This document shows, in pieces, positions 48,022 to 57,182 of a stretch of 64,000 nucleotides of DNA (the first letter of the stretch is position 1; every line of letters begins with the position of its first letter). The stretch lies in NCBI GenBank assembly GCA_033977065.1, contig JAXCHI010000003.1, forward strand, positions 448,001-512,000. The letters are read 5' to 3'. The notes beneath the pieces were generated by a model. It was not told where the DNA came from, made no database searches, and was given only the letters and a program-made list of their open reading frames with translations. Origin of the DNA: Candidatus Algichlamydia australiensis (GTDB taxonomy: Bacteria; Chlamydiota; Chlamydiia; Chlamydiales; JAJFMI01). The translations under genes were made by a program, and so were the position numbers.

Positions 48022-49569
48022 ATGTTTATTGTTAGTTTTTTTGCACTTGCCATCTCTCCAGCTGTTGAACAGCAAGATTATAATGAAATCGTAGAGCATT
48101 TTGAAGAGGTGCATATTTTAGAGTCTCTTTCAGGACTCGCGTACTGGGACCAGGAAGTTTACATGCCCAAAAAGGGCCTTGATTTGCGCACCAAGCAGCT
48201 CGCATATCTCTCAGGAGCGATCCATGAAAAACAGACAGACCCACTTTTGGGTGAAAAACTTGCAAAGCTGATTGATTTAGATACAGGGGAGATTCTTTCA
48301 ACATCTCTCTCTTCTTCGCAGATGATTGCCTTGCAAGAGTGGCGAAAGGATTATTTAAAAAGAGAGAAATTAGATCCGGATTTTGTAAAAGAATTAACAG
48401 CTCTAGTTTCACAGTCAATCCCTCGTTGGATTGAAGCTAAAGAGAATCACGATTTTGCTGCCTTTGCTCCACAGCTAGAACAGTTTGTTGAAATTTCACG
48501 AGAAAAAGCAGAGCTTTTGGGGTATGAAAAACATCCTTATGACGCTCTTTTGAATGAATATGAACCGGGAATGACAACAGAGAAGTTGGATGCGCTTTTT
48601 GCTTCGATCAAGCGACCCCTTATCGAACTAGTGAAAAAAAGCCGTACACAAGCTCCTTCACAAGAGACTTTTCTTGGGAATTTTAATCCAGCAAAACAGA
48701 TCGCCTTTTGTAATGAAATTTTGGAAACGATGGGACTCGATCTAGATCGTGCACGCCTTGATCGCACGCACCATCCCTTCACTTTAGGAATGCATCCAAA
48801 CGATATTCGCTTAACAACAACTGATCGCCCAAATGACATGAAGTCAGTGCTCTCATCTACAATTCATGAGGGGGGACATAGTCTCTACTACCAAGGATTA
48901 CCAGGTGAACTTTTTCATACTCCACTTGGTCAAGATGTTTCAACAGGAATTCATGAGAGCCAATCACGGATTTGGGAGACCTGTATCGGACTTTCCAAAC
49001 CCTTTTGGCAATATTTTTTTCCAAAACTACAGGCTAGTTTTCCCGAGTCATTTCAAGATCTCACCTTTGAAGAGTTTTATGCGAGAATGGTTGAAGTTTC
49101 TTCCTCTCTCATACGAATTGAGGCAGATGAACTTACCTACACATTGCACATCATTTTGCGCTACGAACTAGAAAAAGAATTAATCGCAGGAACCATGAGT
49201 GTCTCTGAGATCCCGGAGCAGTGGCGAGCAAAAATGCAGGAGTATCTGGGAGTTCAGCCGGAGCATGATGGAGAGGGTTGTTTACAAGACACACATTGGG
49301 CGGTAGGCTATTTTGGCTACTTTCCCACCTATGCGTTGGGCAATATGTACGCAGCACAACTTTTTCACGCCTTAAAAAAAGAACATCCCAACTGGGAAGA
49401 GCGTGTACGCAATGGAGACATGCATTTTATTCACGACTACCTTAAAGAAAATGTGCATCAGTATGGCCGCCGTTTTAGCCCAGAAGCCCTTGTGAAGAGA
49501 GCAACAGGCGAAAAACTCAATGCGCAATATTACATTGATTATCTCAGTACTAAATATGGGGGTGTTTGA
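48022..49569 (+). CDS. M32 family carboxypeptidase
   Basis: HPF, DIRLTT, HEGGH, HESQS, IRIEADE, GYFPTYALG. Confidence 0.95.
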   Translation: MFIVSFFALAISPAVEQQDYNEIVEHFEEVHILESLSGLAYWDQEVYMPKKGLDLRTKQLAYLSGAIHEKQTDPLLGEKLAKLIDLDTGEILSTSLSSSQMIALQEWRKDYLKREKLDPDFVKELTALVSQSIPRWIEAKENHDFAAFAPQLEQFVEISREKAELLGYEKHPYDALLNEYEPGMTTEKLDALFASIKRPLIELVKKSRTQAPSQETFLGNFNPAKQIAFCNEILETMGLDLDRARLDRTHHPFTLGMHPNDIRLTTTDRPNDMKSVLSSTIHEGGHSLYYQGLPGELFHTPLGQDVSTGIHESQSRIWETCIGLSKPFWQYFFPKLQASFPESFQDLTFEEFYARMVEVSSSLIRIEADELTYTLHIILRYELEKELIAGTMSVSEIPEQWRAKMQEYLGVQPEHDGEGCLQDTHWAVGYFGYFPTYALGNMYAAQLFHALKKEHPNWEERVRNGDMHFIHDYLKENVHQYGRRFSPEALVKRATGEKLNAQYYIDYLSTKYGGV

Positions 49570-49621
49570 TCTTATTTTTTTGTACCAGAATATCCAAAAT
49601 AATTGGATATTCTGGGTGAAA

Positions 49622-50326
49622 TTAGAGGCTTCCGTCTCCATCAACTGAAATCACTTGTCCTGTGATGTATCCCGCATCCTCAGAAAGAAGATAGATAATC
49701 AGAGATGCTACCTCTTCAGGGCGACCAATGCGATTCATTGGAATTGTTTGCAGAGTTTCTGCTTCTGCTGCACTTCCTTTTGGTCTTCCAGATCGAAATA
49801 GTTCTGTTTCAATGGGACCAGGTGCAACAGCATTTACCGTAATATTATCTTTTGCAAGTTCTAAAGCCCAAGTGCGTGTGCATCCGACAAGTGCGCATTT
49901 TGCTGCAGAGTAACTTGTACGATTTTTTGATCCAAAAATAGAGCGACTCACGACATTGACGATTCTTCCCCAGCCATTTTTCTGCATTTGTTTAAGAAAT
50001 GTCTATGCAATTTGGACAGCTGCTTGTACATTTACTTGATAGACCTGTTGTAGAGAATCGAGTTGAATTTCGCCAAAAGGCTCTGGTAGTACTAATCTAA
50101 CATTGTTGACAACTCCATCAAGTGAATATTTTTCGTGAATTTTGGCTAGAGTTTGTTCAGTCTGAGCTGTATCCGATAAATCGCAAGGAAACAAAGTTCC
50201 TGGAAAAGGCTCTTTTGGCTGATTGCGAGCAATGCCTACAATTTCATGCCCCAGTTCTTTAAGTTTTAAGCTAGTTGCAAGGCCAATACCTTTGGTGGCC
50301 CCTGTGATTAAGAATGTTTTTTTCAT
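49622..50326 (-). pseudogene. SDR family oxidoreductase with in-frame premature TAG at 50003-50005
   Basis: TGATKGIG and YSAAK halves are in the same frame, joined by AVQIA*TFLKQMQ. Confidence 0.85.
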
Positions 50327-50350
50327 TAATTTGCAGTATTGATTAACTGT

Positions 50351-51328
50351 CTAGTAGACGTCAAGAATGAGACGATCCGATTTACGCAACAATTTTACCT
50401 GCTCTTTGTCGCCAAGAATTTCTGCTAAGGTTGCTGTGACTTGTTTGGCCATCTGTTTCGCATCTCCACAGACATAGATGACAGCGCCTCTGCTAATCCA
50501 ATCACGCAGTTCTCCTGCCTGCTCAAGCATGCGGTGCTGGACATAGATTTTTTCTTCCTGATCTCGAGAAAAAGCGGTCGAGAGTTTGAGATGAGAAGAG
50601 GCGCAGTAGCGCTCCCAATCTTCTTTGTAATAAAAATCTTTTTTCTCTTGACGTTCGCCAAAAAAGAGCCAGTTTTTAGAGGGAGTCAAGCTGCGCTCCT
50701 CCATAAAACCGCGATAGGGGGCAATGCCTGTTCCTGGTCCAATCATAATAATGGGGGTATGGGGATCTTCAGGTAGAGAAAACTTCTCATTTGGTTGAAT
50801 GTAGCAGCGGAGTTTTGTCGTTTGATCGGCACGATGGCAGAGGAATTCACTGCCAAGTCCAGGAACTTCTTTATCTCCTCGCTTGTGAGTAAAAGTGACA
50901 ACCGTCAAATGAATTTCATTAGGATTCGTTTTGGGCGATGAGGCGATGGAGTAGAAACGGGGGAGTAGGGGCGAAAATTTTGGAATCTGGGAGGCGTTGT
51001 AGGGGTGCTGCTCGAGAAAAGAGAGAAGATCAGGTGCGTGCGTGTTGGGGTGCTCTTTGGCAAGTTCGCGAGGAACGCGTGAAAGGTTTATCTCTTTTGT
51101 TAACTTCTCTTCTAGAGAAGAGTCTCCGAGAATTTTGAGTAGGGCTTCCACTTCACTTGGGGGATTTTCGGGGTAGATGGCAATTGCGTCACCAACAGAG
51201 AAGGGAATGTTAGGCACCTCTAAAACAATATGATATGTGCGTTTGCTTGAGTCTTCTCTATTCAGAAGATAGCGTTTCTTTATCGAGGCGGTAAATTCAA
51301 CCTTTGTGGGGCTTGCACTAATTGCCAT
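50351..51328 (-). CDS. cysJ: CysJ-like FAD/NADPH reductase (FNR domains only)
   Basis: RFYSIASS, GPGTGIAPYRGF, AFSRDQ, YVCGDA, C-terminal DVY. Confidence 0.85.
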   Translation of the reverse strand: MAISASPTKVEFTASIKKRYLLNREDSSKRTYHIVLEVPNIPFSVGDAIAIYPENPPSEVEALLKILGDSSLEEKLTKEINLSRVPRELAKEHPNTHAPDLLSFLEQHPYNASQIPKFSPLLPRFYSIASSPKTNPNEIHLTVVTFTHKRGDKEVPGLGSEFLCHRADQTTKLRCYIQPNEKFSLPEDPHTPIIMIGPGTGIAPYRGFMEERSLTPSKNWLFFGERQEKKDFYYKEDWERYCASSHLKLSTAFSRDQEEKIYVQHRMLEQAGELRDWISRGAVIYVCGDAKQMAKQVTATLAEILGDKEQVKLLRKSDRLILDVY

Positions 51329-51348
51329 AAATTTTTATTAGTTAAAGT

Positions 51349-51474
51349 ATGCGCTACTTTGCTTTTCTATTCCTTTTTCTACTTGCTAGCTGTGAACAGG
51401 AGACGGCATGCAACCGTCCCTACATTATTTCGGAGCATCCTAGCGAAGAATCTTCAAGCATCGCTCTGGATTAA
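51349..51474 (+). CDS. Unannotated 41-aa small lipoprotein
   Basis: MRYFAFLFLFLLASC lipobox, then EQETACNRPYIISEHPSEESSSIALD. Confidence 0.55.
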   Translation: MRYFAFLFLFLLASCEQETACNRPYIISEHPSEESSSIALD

Positions 51475-52971
51475 TCCTTTACAATCTCCTGCTGCCCAAG
51501 CCTTTTCAAGCGCTGTAAGTTTTTTCTTGGAAATCCCACCTAAAAACTCCATCGCTTGTAAGAATCGCGCTCTTGTGCGGTCTTTTCCGAGCAATTCTAC
51601 AGAGTCAAAAAGTGGAGGACCAGTATGCTTTCCAGTAATGGTAGCATAGAGCAGGCGCATGACGACTTTCTTGTGGTTCACACCAAAGAGCCCTGCTACA
51701 TCACGTGACGCTTGCTCAAAACCACTCCGCCCCCAGTTTTCGCTCTTCTCCATGGTCCAAACCATTGTTTGTAAAAGCATCACAGCGACTTCGTTTGTCG
51801 TTTTGCTTCCAGGTGTGAGGAGCTCTTCACTGTAGGGAATGTGATTAATAAAGAAGAATTGGCACAGCTCCATAAATTCAGAAAAAGTCTTAATGCGCGT
51901 ATGGACAAGCGGCATCAGACGTTTCATAAATTCGTCAGAAAAGCCCCACTGCTGGATGCGGTCCCACAGCTTGTCTTCTGGGATTGTATTGATCATGTAT
52001 TGCTGATTGAGCCAGTCCAGTTTCCGCGTATCAAAAATGGCTCCGGAGACGCCCACGCGCTTTTCGCTAAAGCACTTAATAATTTCCTCAATCGGATAGA
52101 TCTCTTTGTCATCGCTCATGCTGTAACCCATGAGTGAGAGAAAATTGACAAAAGCTTCAGGTAAATACCCAGAATCGCGGTAGTAGAAAATAGACGTAGG
52201 GTTCTTTCTCTTAGAAAGTTTTTTTCCATCTGTGCCCAGAAGGAGGGGCATATGGAGGAAAGTCGGGGGTTCCCAACCAAAGGCTTCATAAAGCATGATG
52301 TGTTTTGGTGTGGATGAGAGCCACTCGTCTCCGCGGATGACATGCGAGATTTCCATCAGATGATCATCAACTACATTTGCCAAATGATAGGTGGGGTAAC
52401 CGTCTGATTTTAATAATACTTGGTCATCAATATCAGCCCAAGGAGTGGTCATACGCCCCTTGATGGCATCTTCGTAGACGCACTCACCAGTAAGCGGAAC
52501 TTTTAAACGAATGACAAAGGGCTGCCCTTCATCTTCGCGTTTTTTGATCTCCTCTTCAGAGAGATTGCGGTGGCGGCGGTCATAACCTTGGCGCTGCCCA
52601 GTTTTAGAGGCAATTTCTCGCATCTCTGCAAGCTCCTTTGCCGTGACAAAACATTTGTAAGCTTTACCTGCGGCTAAAAGATCGTAACAGTGCTTGCGGT
52701 AGATTTCTGTGCGCTCAGATTGACGGTAGGGGCCATGCTTGCCCCCAATGTCTGGACCTTCATCCCAATGCAAACCACACCATTTCAGCGCCTCAAAAAT
52801 ATTCTTTTCATACTCAGGACGTGAGCGTGTCTGGTCTGTGTCTTCAATACGAAGAAGAAAGTCGCCTTCATGGTGGCGAGCAAATAAATAATTAAATAGG
52901 GCCATGTAGGCTGTTCCTACATGAGGATCACCAGTAGGTGATGGAGCAATACGAGTTCGAACGCGTTTCAT
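51454..52971 (-). CDS. gltX: Glutamate-tRNA ligase
   Basis: APSPTGDPHVG, RIEDTD, KLSKR. Confidence 0.99.
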   Translation of the reverse strand: MKRVRTRIAPSPTGDPHVGTAYMALFNYLFARHHEGDFLLRIEDTDQTRSRPEYEKNIFEALKWCGLHWDEGPDIGGKHGPYRQSERTEIYRKHCYDLLAAGKAYKCFVTAKELAEMREIASKTGQRQGYDRRHRNLSEEEIKKREDEGQPFVIRLKVPLTGECVYEDAIKGRMTTPWADIDDQVLLKSDGYPTYHLANVVDDHLMEISHVIRGDEWLSSTPKHIMLYEAFGWEPPTFLHMPLLLGTDGKKLSKRKNPTSIFYYRDSGYLPEAFVNFLSLMGYSMSDDKEIYPIEEIIKCFSEKRVGVSGAIFDTRKLDWLNQQYMINTIPEDKLWDRIQQWGFSDEFMKRLMPLVHTRIKTFSEFMELCQFFFINHIPYSEELLTPGSKTTNEVAVMLLQTMVWTMEKSENWGRSGFEQASRDVAGLFGVNHKKVVMRLLYATITGKHTGPPLFDSVELLGKDRTRARFLQAMEFLGGISKKKLTALEKAWAAGDCKGLIQSDA

Positions 52972-53049
52972 GGGGCAGATTGTACCATTTTTTCTACTTG
53001 CTCGTCCAGATGCTGCTGAGGTAGTATGATAAAAAAAATACTTTATAAA

Positions 53050-53985
53050 ATGAAAAAATATCTACTTATTCCTTCTCTTATTTTTGCAAGCCCCTCTCAA
53101 GGATTTCAAAAAGCAGAAAAAAAGGCGTTTCCTGGCCTCTCATATGAAAATGAGAAGAATTGGAAAGAGCCGTTTTTTTTCATTCAAATGGCCGATTGTC
53201 AATTGGGATTTATTGAAGAAAACAGGTCTTGGGATGAAGAGATTCGACTTTTAGAAAAAGCAGTTGATCAGATTAATCAATTACACCCCAAATTTGTGAT
53301 TTTGTGTGGAGATCTCGTGCATGCTTTTCCGAGAGAGCCAATGCGAGAAGAACAGATTGCAGATTTTAAAAAAATTGCATGTCGTATTGATCCCGCAATT
53401 CCCTTAATTTGTCTCTGTGGGAATCACGACGTAGGCAACCAACCTGATCGCTCTACGATTGCCATGTATGAAAATGATTTTGGAGCGCACTATTTTTCTT
53501 TTTGGGTAGGAGGAACACAAGGAATTGTTTTGAATTCGAGTTTGATTTGGGATCCAACGAATGCGCAAGATTTATACGCAGAACAAATCGATTGGTTTCA
53601 AAACCAACTCGAGTTTGATCGAGAAAATCCTCCCGTGCATCGCTTTGTTTTTGCTCACCACCCTTGGTTTGTCAAAGATATTGAAGAAGAAGATTTTTAC
53701 TTTGTCATTCCCAAAAAACGTCGGAGAAAATTTTTAGATTTGATGAAAGAAGCAGATGTTTCAGCCTGTTTTTGTGGACACTATCATCGAAATGCCCTTG
53801 CTGATTATGACGGCATGCCTGTGATTACTACAAGTGCTGTCGGAAAGCAGTTAGGAGACGATGTTTCAGGTTTTCGAATTGTGAACGTTTTTGAAGATCG
53901 CATAGAGCATGAGTATGTTATTCTCGAACCAAACAAGATTGAGGACCTCTCTCCTTCTAGACTAGAAAATCCGCGTAACATTTAA
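53050..53985 (+). CDS. Calcineurin-like metallophosphoesterase, CPPED1-like
   Basis: ADCQLG, CGDL, GNHD, GHYH. Confidence 0.88.
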   Translation: MKKYLLIPSLIFASPSQGFQKAEKKAFPGLSYENEKNWKEPFFFIQMADCQLGFIEENRSWDEEIRLLEKAVDQINQLHPKFVILCGDLVHAFPREPMREEQIADFKKIACRIDPAIPLICLCGNHDVGNQPDRSTIAMYENDFGAHYFSFWVGGTQGIVLNSSLIWDPTNAQDLYAEQIDWFQNQLEFDRENPPVHRFVFAHHPWFVKDIEEEDFYFVIPKKRRRKFLDLMKEADVSACFCGHYHRNALADYDGMPVITTSAVGKQLGDDVSGFRIVNVFEDRIEHEYVILEPNKIEDLSPSRLENPRNI

Positions 53986-53995
53986 GAGTATGTTA

Positions 53996-54015
53996 ACTCA
54001 GGTTGTTACCCAGCT
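53996..54015. repeat. Solo end of family B element
   Basis: actcaggttgttacccagct. Confidence 0.6.
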
Positions 54016-54049
54016 TCTAATAAAGAAAACAGCTTTCTGTTACGGAGTA

Positions 54050-54241
54050 CTAGATAGTGTCGTCAAAAGGCTATAATCAGATTATTTTTCATGTTTGCAG
54101 CTTATTTTTGTGCGGAAATTGAAGCTGAATTTGTAAATTCCGCTTCATTTGAGCACAAAAATGGAGCCCAAACATGAAAAATAAGATGGTTGTATGCTTT
54201 TGACGACGCTATCTAGATAGCCTTTTGACGACACTATCTAG
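54050..54241. mobile_element. CTAG-ended palindromic MITE-like element (family D) with duplicated end
   Basis: 54050-54216 is an imperfect full-length palindrome; 54217-54241 is the exact reverse complement of 54050-54074. Confidence 0.85.
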
Positions 54242-56178
54242 GCCGCTTTTTCCCCGATAGGCTGGCGGAAGGAGGTTAGAGTGATCAAATCTTTCATTAC
54301 ATTCTTGGCTTCTTCGAGTTGAAGATCAGAGTCGTGAAAGAGAGTAAAGTCGGGATCCTCTTTTTTAATCTCAACTAGGAACTTCTGATAGTTTTTATTG
54401 GCGTCTATACGCATCTCTGCATTCTTCCGTAGGGTAGAGAGGTAGGGACCGTAGAGATCAACAGGCTCTTGTCGCCCATATTTGTACGTGCGTCTAATAC
54501 GGTGACGGTGGAAGGGGTGTACATCATCAAGTTCGTCTACAAATTGAGGGTCAATTGACTGGTTTTCTAAAGGGAAGGTAGCAAAGGCTTCTCCTACTTC
54601 TAGGTTTGCGTAGGGACCGGGTATGTTGAGGTCAAGATCCACGCCGTTAAGTTGGGGGCTTTTCCCAGAAGCGGTAAAGAAAATACCGCGAGTTACCTTG
54701 AATTCACCAAGCGGATTGATTTTGCTTGGGTTTGATCCGTCAAAGGTAAAAACTTGATAACTCCCTTTGCCGTAAGTTTGATCGCCCATAATGAGCGCGC
54801 GACCATAATCTTTTAAAGCGCCTGCCACAATTTCACTAGCGGAGGCTGAACCTCGGTTGACAAGAACAGTTAGAGGGCCATCCCAAACAGGTGTGTCGCT
54901 ATAGTTGCGCAATCGTTGAATTTTGCCGCTGCTATCCTTAATCGCACAGACAATACCTTTCTTTAAAAAGAGGCCGCTAACTGCAGCAGCTTGCGGCAGC
55001 AGGCCACCGGCATTGCCTCTTAGATCAAGAATAATTCCATAGAGCTTGTGCTCTTTTTTTAACTCTTTAATTGCTTTTTCAAGATCAGCAGCAGAGGAGC
55101 TTTGTGGGTCTTGGTAGAAGGTGAAGAGGCGTAGATGACCGATAATGCCATCGCCAAATGGCTCTGTTTTGACCTCAAAGCGCCCCTCTTTTAAGACGAC
55201 TTCATCACGCACTATATCGATATTAAGTTTTTCATCTTTCTCTCCCTCTTTCTCGCGCATGACCGTTAAGGTCACTTTGGATCCTTTGGGGCCGCGAATA
55301 AGCTCAACAGACTCTTCAATATCAAGACCGATCACAGGCTCGCCGTTCACAGCAATAATTCGATCATGGAGCTTAATCTCTTCATTGGCTTGGGCGGGGC
55401 TATCCTCTAAAAACCCAACAATGGTTAATCCATTTAAATCATCGCGTAACTGGGCGCCAATACCAAATAGTCGGGACTGTACACAGATCATAAAAGTATT
55501 CGCTTCAGAAGGCGTGAAGTAATGGGTATGATTGTCAAGAGAAGCGCAGACCGATTTAATAACGAGGGTTAAGAAGTGTTTTTCCTGTTTTTCTGTAGAT
55601 TCTCCTATGAGATGCTGCTCATGGTTCTGTCGGCGCTTGATCACACGCTCCATAAAGTTTTTTTGCAAATCTTCCGCAAATTCTTTAGAGACATCTAGTT
55701 GCAAGGCACGAATCTTCAAATTGCGCTGCAAAAGGGTATCCTCGCTCTCAGACCAATTGAGATCTTTAAGCTTTTCCGCTTTTGGATTTTTTGGAAGCTC
55801 CATACTTAGAATCTCTTCTTCTATTTTATGGCGCCGCTCTACAGCCCTAGACATTGTATCGAAAATTTCGCGAAAGACAGTAAAACTCTGTTTTTGGTAC
55901 TCATCGACAATTTGTGCAAGAAGTTCATCGGATGGGGTTAACCACGGTGCTACTTCCGGATTGATCATATAGGTTTTTGAAGGGTCGAGTTCATCAAGAA
56001 AATTGCGCAGAGCGCGCTTTGCAACTTCCTGATCGAAATTTTTATGTGAGACGTGCGCTTTTAAGATCTCTTCAATTCGTTTGTGGACAATTTGTGGAGT
56101 TAGATCTGCAGGTTTTGCAAGAAGAGGCGCGCAACCAAGCGCGATAAAAAATAGAAACTTAGGGAGTGTCTTCATCAC
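54238..56178 (-). CDS. tsp: Tail-specific protease (S41 family, PDZ)
   Basis: Signal peptide, GIGAQL PDZ, DLRGNAGG, SASASEIV, YGKG. Confidence 0.95.
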   Translation of the reverse strand: MMKTLPKFLFFIALGCAPLLAKPADLTPQIVHKRIEEILKAHVSHKNFDQEVAKRALRNFLDELDPSKTYMINPEVAPWLTPSDELLAQIVDEYQKQSFTVFREIFDTMSRAVERRHKIEEEILSMELPKNPKAEKLKDLNWSESEDTLLQRNLKIRALQLDVSKEFAEDLQKNFMERVIKRRQNHEQHLIGESTEKQEKHFLTLVIKSVCASLDNHTHYFTPSEANTFMICVQSRLFGIGAQLRDDLNGLTIVGFLEDSPAQANEEIKLHDRIIAVNGEPVIGLDIEESVELIRGPKGSKVTLTVMREKEGEKDEKLNIDIVRDEVVLKEGRFEVKTEPFGDGIIGHLRLFTFYQDPQSSSAADLEKAIKELKKEHKLYGIILDLRGNAGGLLPQAAAVSGLFLKKGIVCAIKDSSGKIQRLRNYSDTPVWDGPLTVLVNRGSASASEIVAGALKDYGRALIMGDQTYGKGSYQVFTFDGSNPSKINPLGEFKVTRGIFFTASGKSPQLNGVDLDLNIPGPYANLEVGEAFATFPLENQSIDPQFVDELDDVHPFHRHRIRRTYKYGRQEPVDLYGPYLSTLRKNAEMRIDANKNYQKFLVEIKKEDPDFTLFHDSDLQLEEAKNVMKDLITLTSFRQPIGEKAA

Positions 56179-56516
56179 TACAGCCTATCGAAAGGGCTTT
56201 ATTCGGGCTAGGGAAATTTTTGGAATTAGTAAATTAAAAAAATAAATACCTATATTTTTCAACACATTCAAAATGAATAGCTTGCGTAAATAAAAATAAT
56301 TTATACACATTTTGATAACACTTTTTTTACCTTATCTACGAAAAAATTGCAGAAAACCCTTGCTGTATACCCATTTTTATGTAATAATAACTAATCTAAA
56401 GGCAACGCAAGCTTAATTAAATAAGCGAACAACAATAAAGAAAGAAGCTGGGGAACAGTTTAAACACCTTTGACAACAAAGGGTTTAAGAAAAAACCCCA
56501 TTGGAGAAACAGAAAA

Positions 56517-56978
56517 ATGATGGAAGACGAAAATAAAAAAATTGCAGCTGAGATCGTTGACGAAGCGCACGCTCAGCCTAAGAAGCTAGTAACGATTACA
56601 GAAGCGGCTCGGATCAATGGTGTAACCCGTCAGGCCATCTACGTCGCAATTAAGCAGAAAAAACTAAAAGCGCAGAAAGATGCGACTCGTTGGTTAATTC
56701 GCTTAGAAGATCTAGAAGAGTATCGCAAAAACAAATACTCTCGTGCGAAATCTACTTTCGATGGCGAGCTTGTTTTTGATAACAACAAAGGTTTCTACTC
56801 TGTAAACCAAGTTGCTAAGATGCTTAACATTCCTGCGCAGAAAGTTTATTATGCTACTCGCATTGGTTTGATGAAAGCGATCCGTAAGGGTGCTGCATGG
56901 GTAATTCACATTGATGATATCAACGGTTATCGTGAGAATTATCTAAATAAAAGAACTACTAATTACGAAGTAATGTAA
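56517..56978 (+). CDS. euo: EUO developmental transcription regulator (tandem HTH)
   Basis: VTRQAIYVAIKQKKLKA, YSVNQVA, KVYYATR, KGAAWVIH. Confidence 0.93.
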   Translation: MMEDENKKIAAEIVDEAHAQPKKLVTITEAARINGVTRQAIYVAIKQKKLKAQKDATRWLIRLEDLEEYRKNKYSRAKSTFDGELVFDNNKGFYSVNQVAKMLNIPAQKVYYATRIGLMKAIRKGAAWVIHIDDINGYRENYLNKRTTNYEVM

Positions 56979-56999
56979 GCTAGTTGTAAGTTTTGTTTG

Positions 57000-57035
57000 A
57001 AAAGCCTCTGGTTTTAAACCAGAGGCTTTTTTTTT
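57000..57035 (+). terminator. Intrinsic terminator of euo
   Basis: gcctctggttt-t-aaaccagaggc followed by a T run. Confidence 0.85.
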
Positions 57036-57182
57036 GGGCCTCACCTCGCTTCCCAGAATGCAAAAACCGCCATCACGTCGTGTTATCTACACTGCCGTGA
57101 TGGCGGCTTTTGCATTCTGCTTTGCGACGATCGGCATCCTCTGTAGAGAATGCCTTGAGCCCCTGGCTGCCGCTATCGCTCT
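57034..57182. repeat. Family C structured repeat, copy 2
   Basis: Inverted homolog of 58101-58249 over about 150 bp, with two internal hairpins. Confidence 0.85.

Noticed and set aside
50003..50005. Amber recoding (pyrrolysine or alternative code)
   Set aside because: TAG is a normal stop for many genes here (rho, polA, tsp) and the SDR has other lesions.
50351..51328. cysJ lacking the flavodoxin domain as a pseudogene
   Set aside because: Frame intact with all FAD/NADPH motifs; short CysJ-like proteins are, as I recall, normal in chlamydiae.
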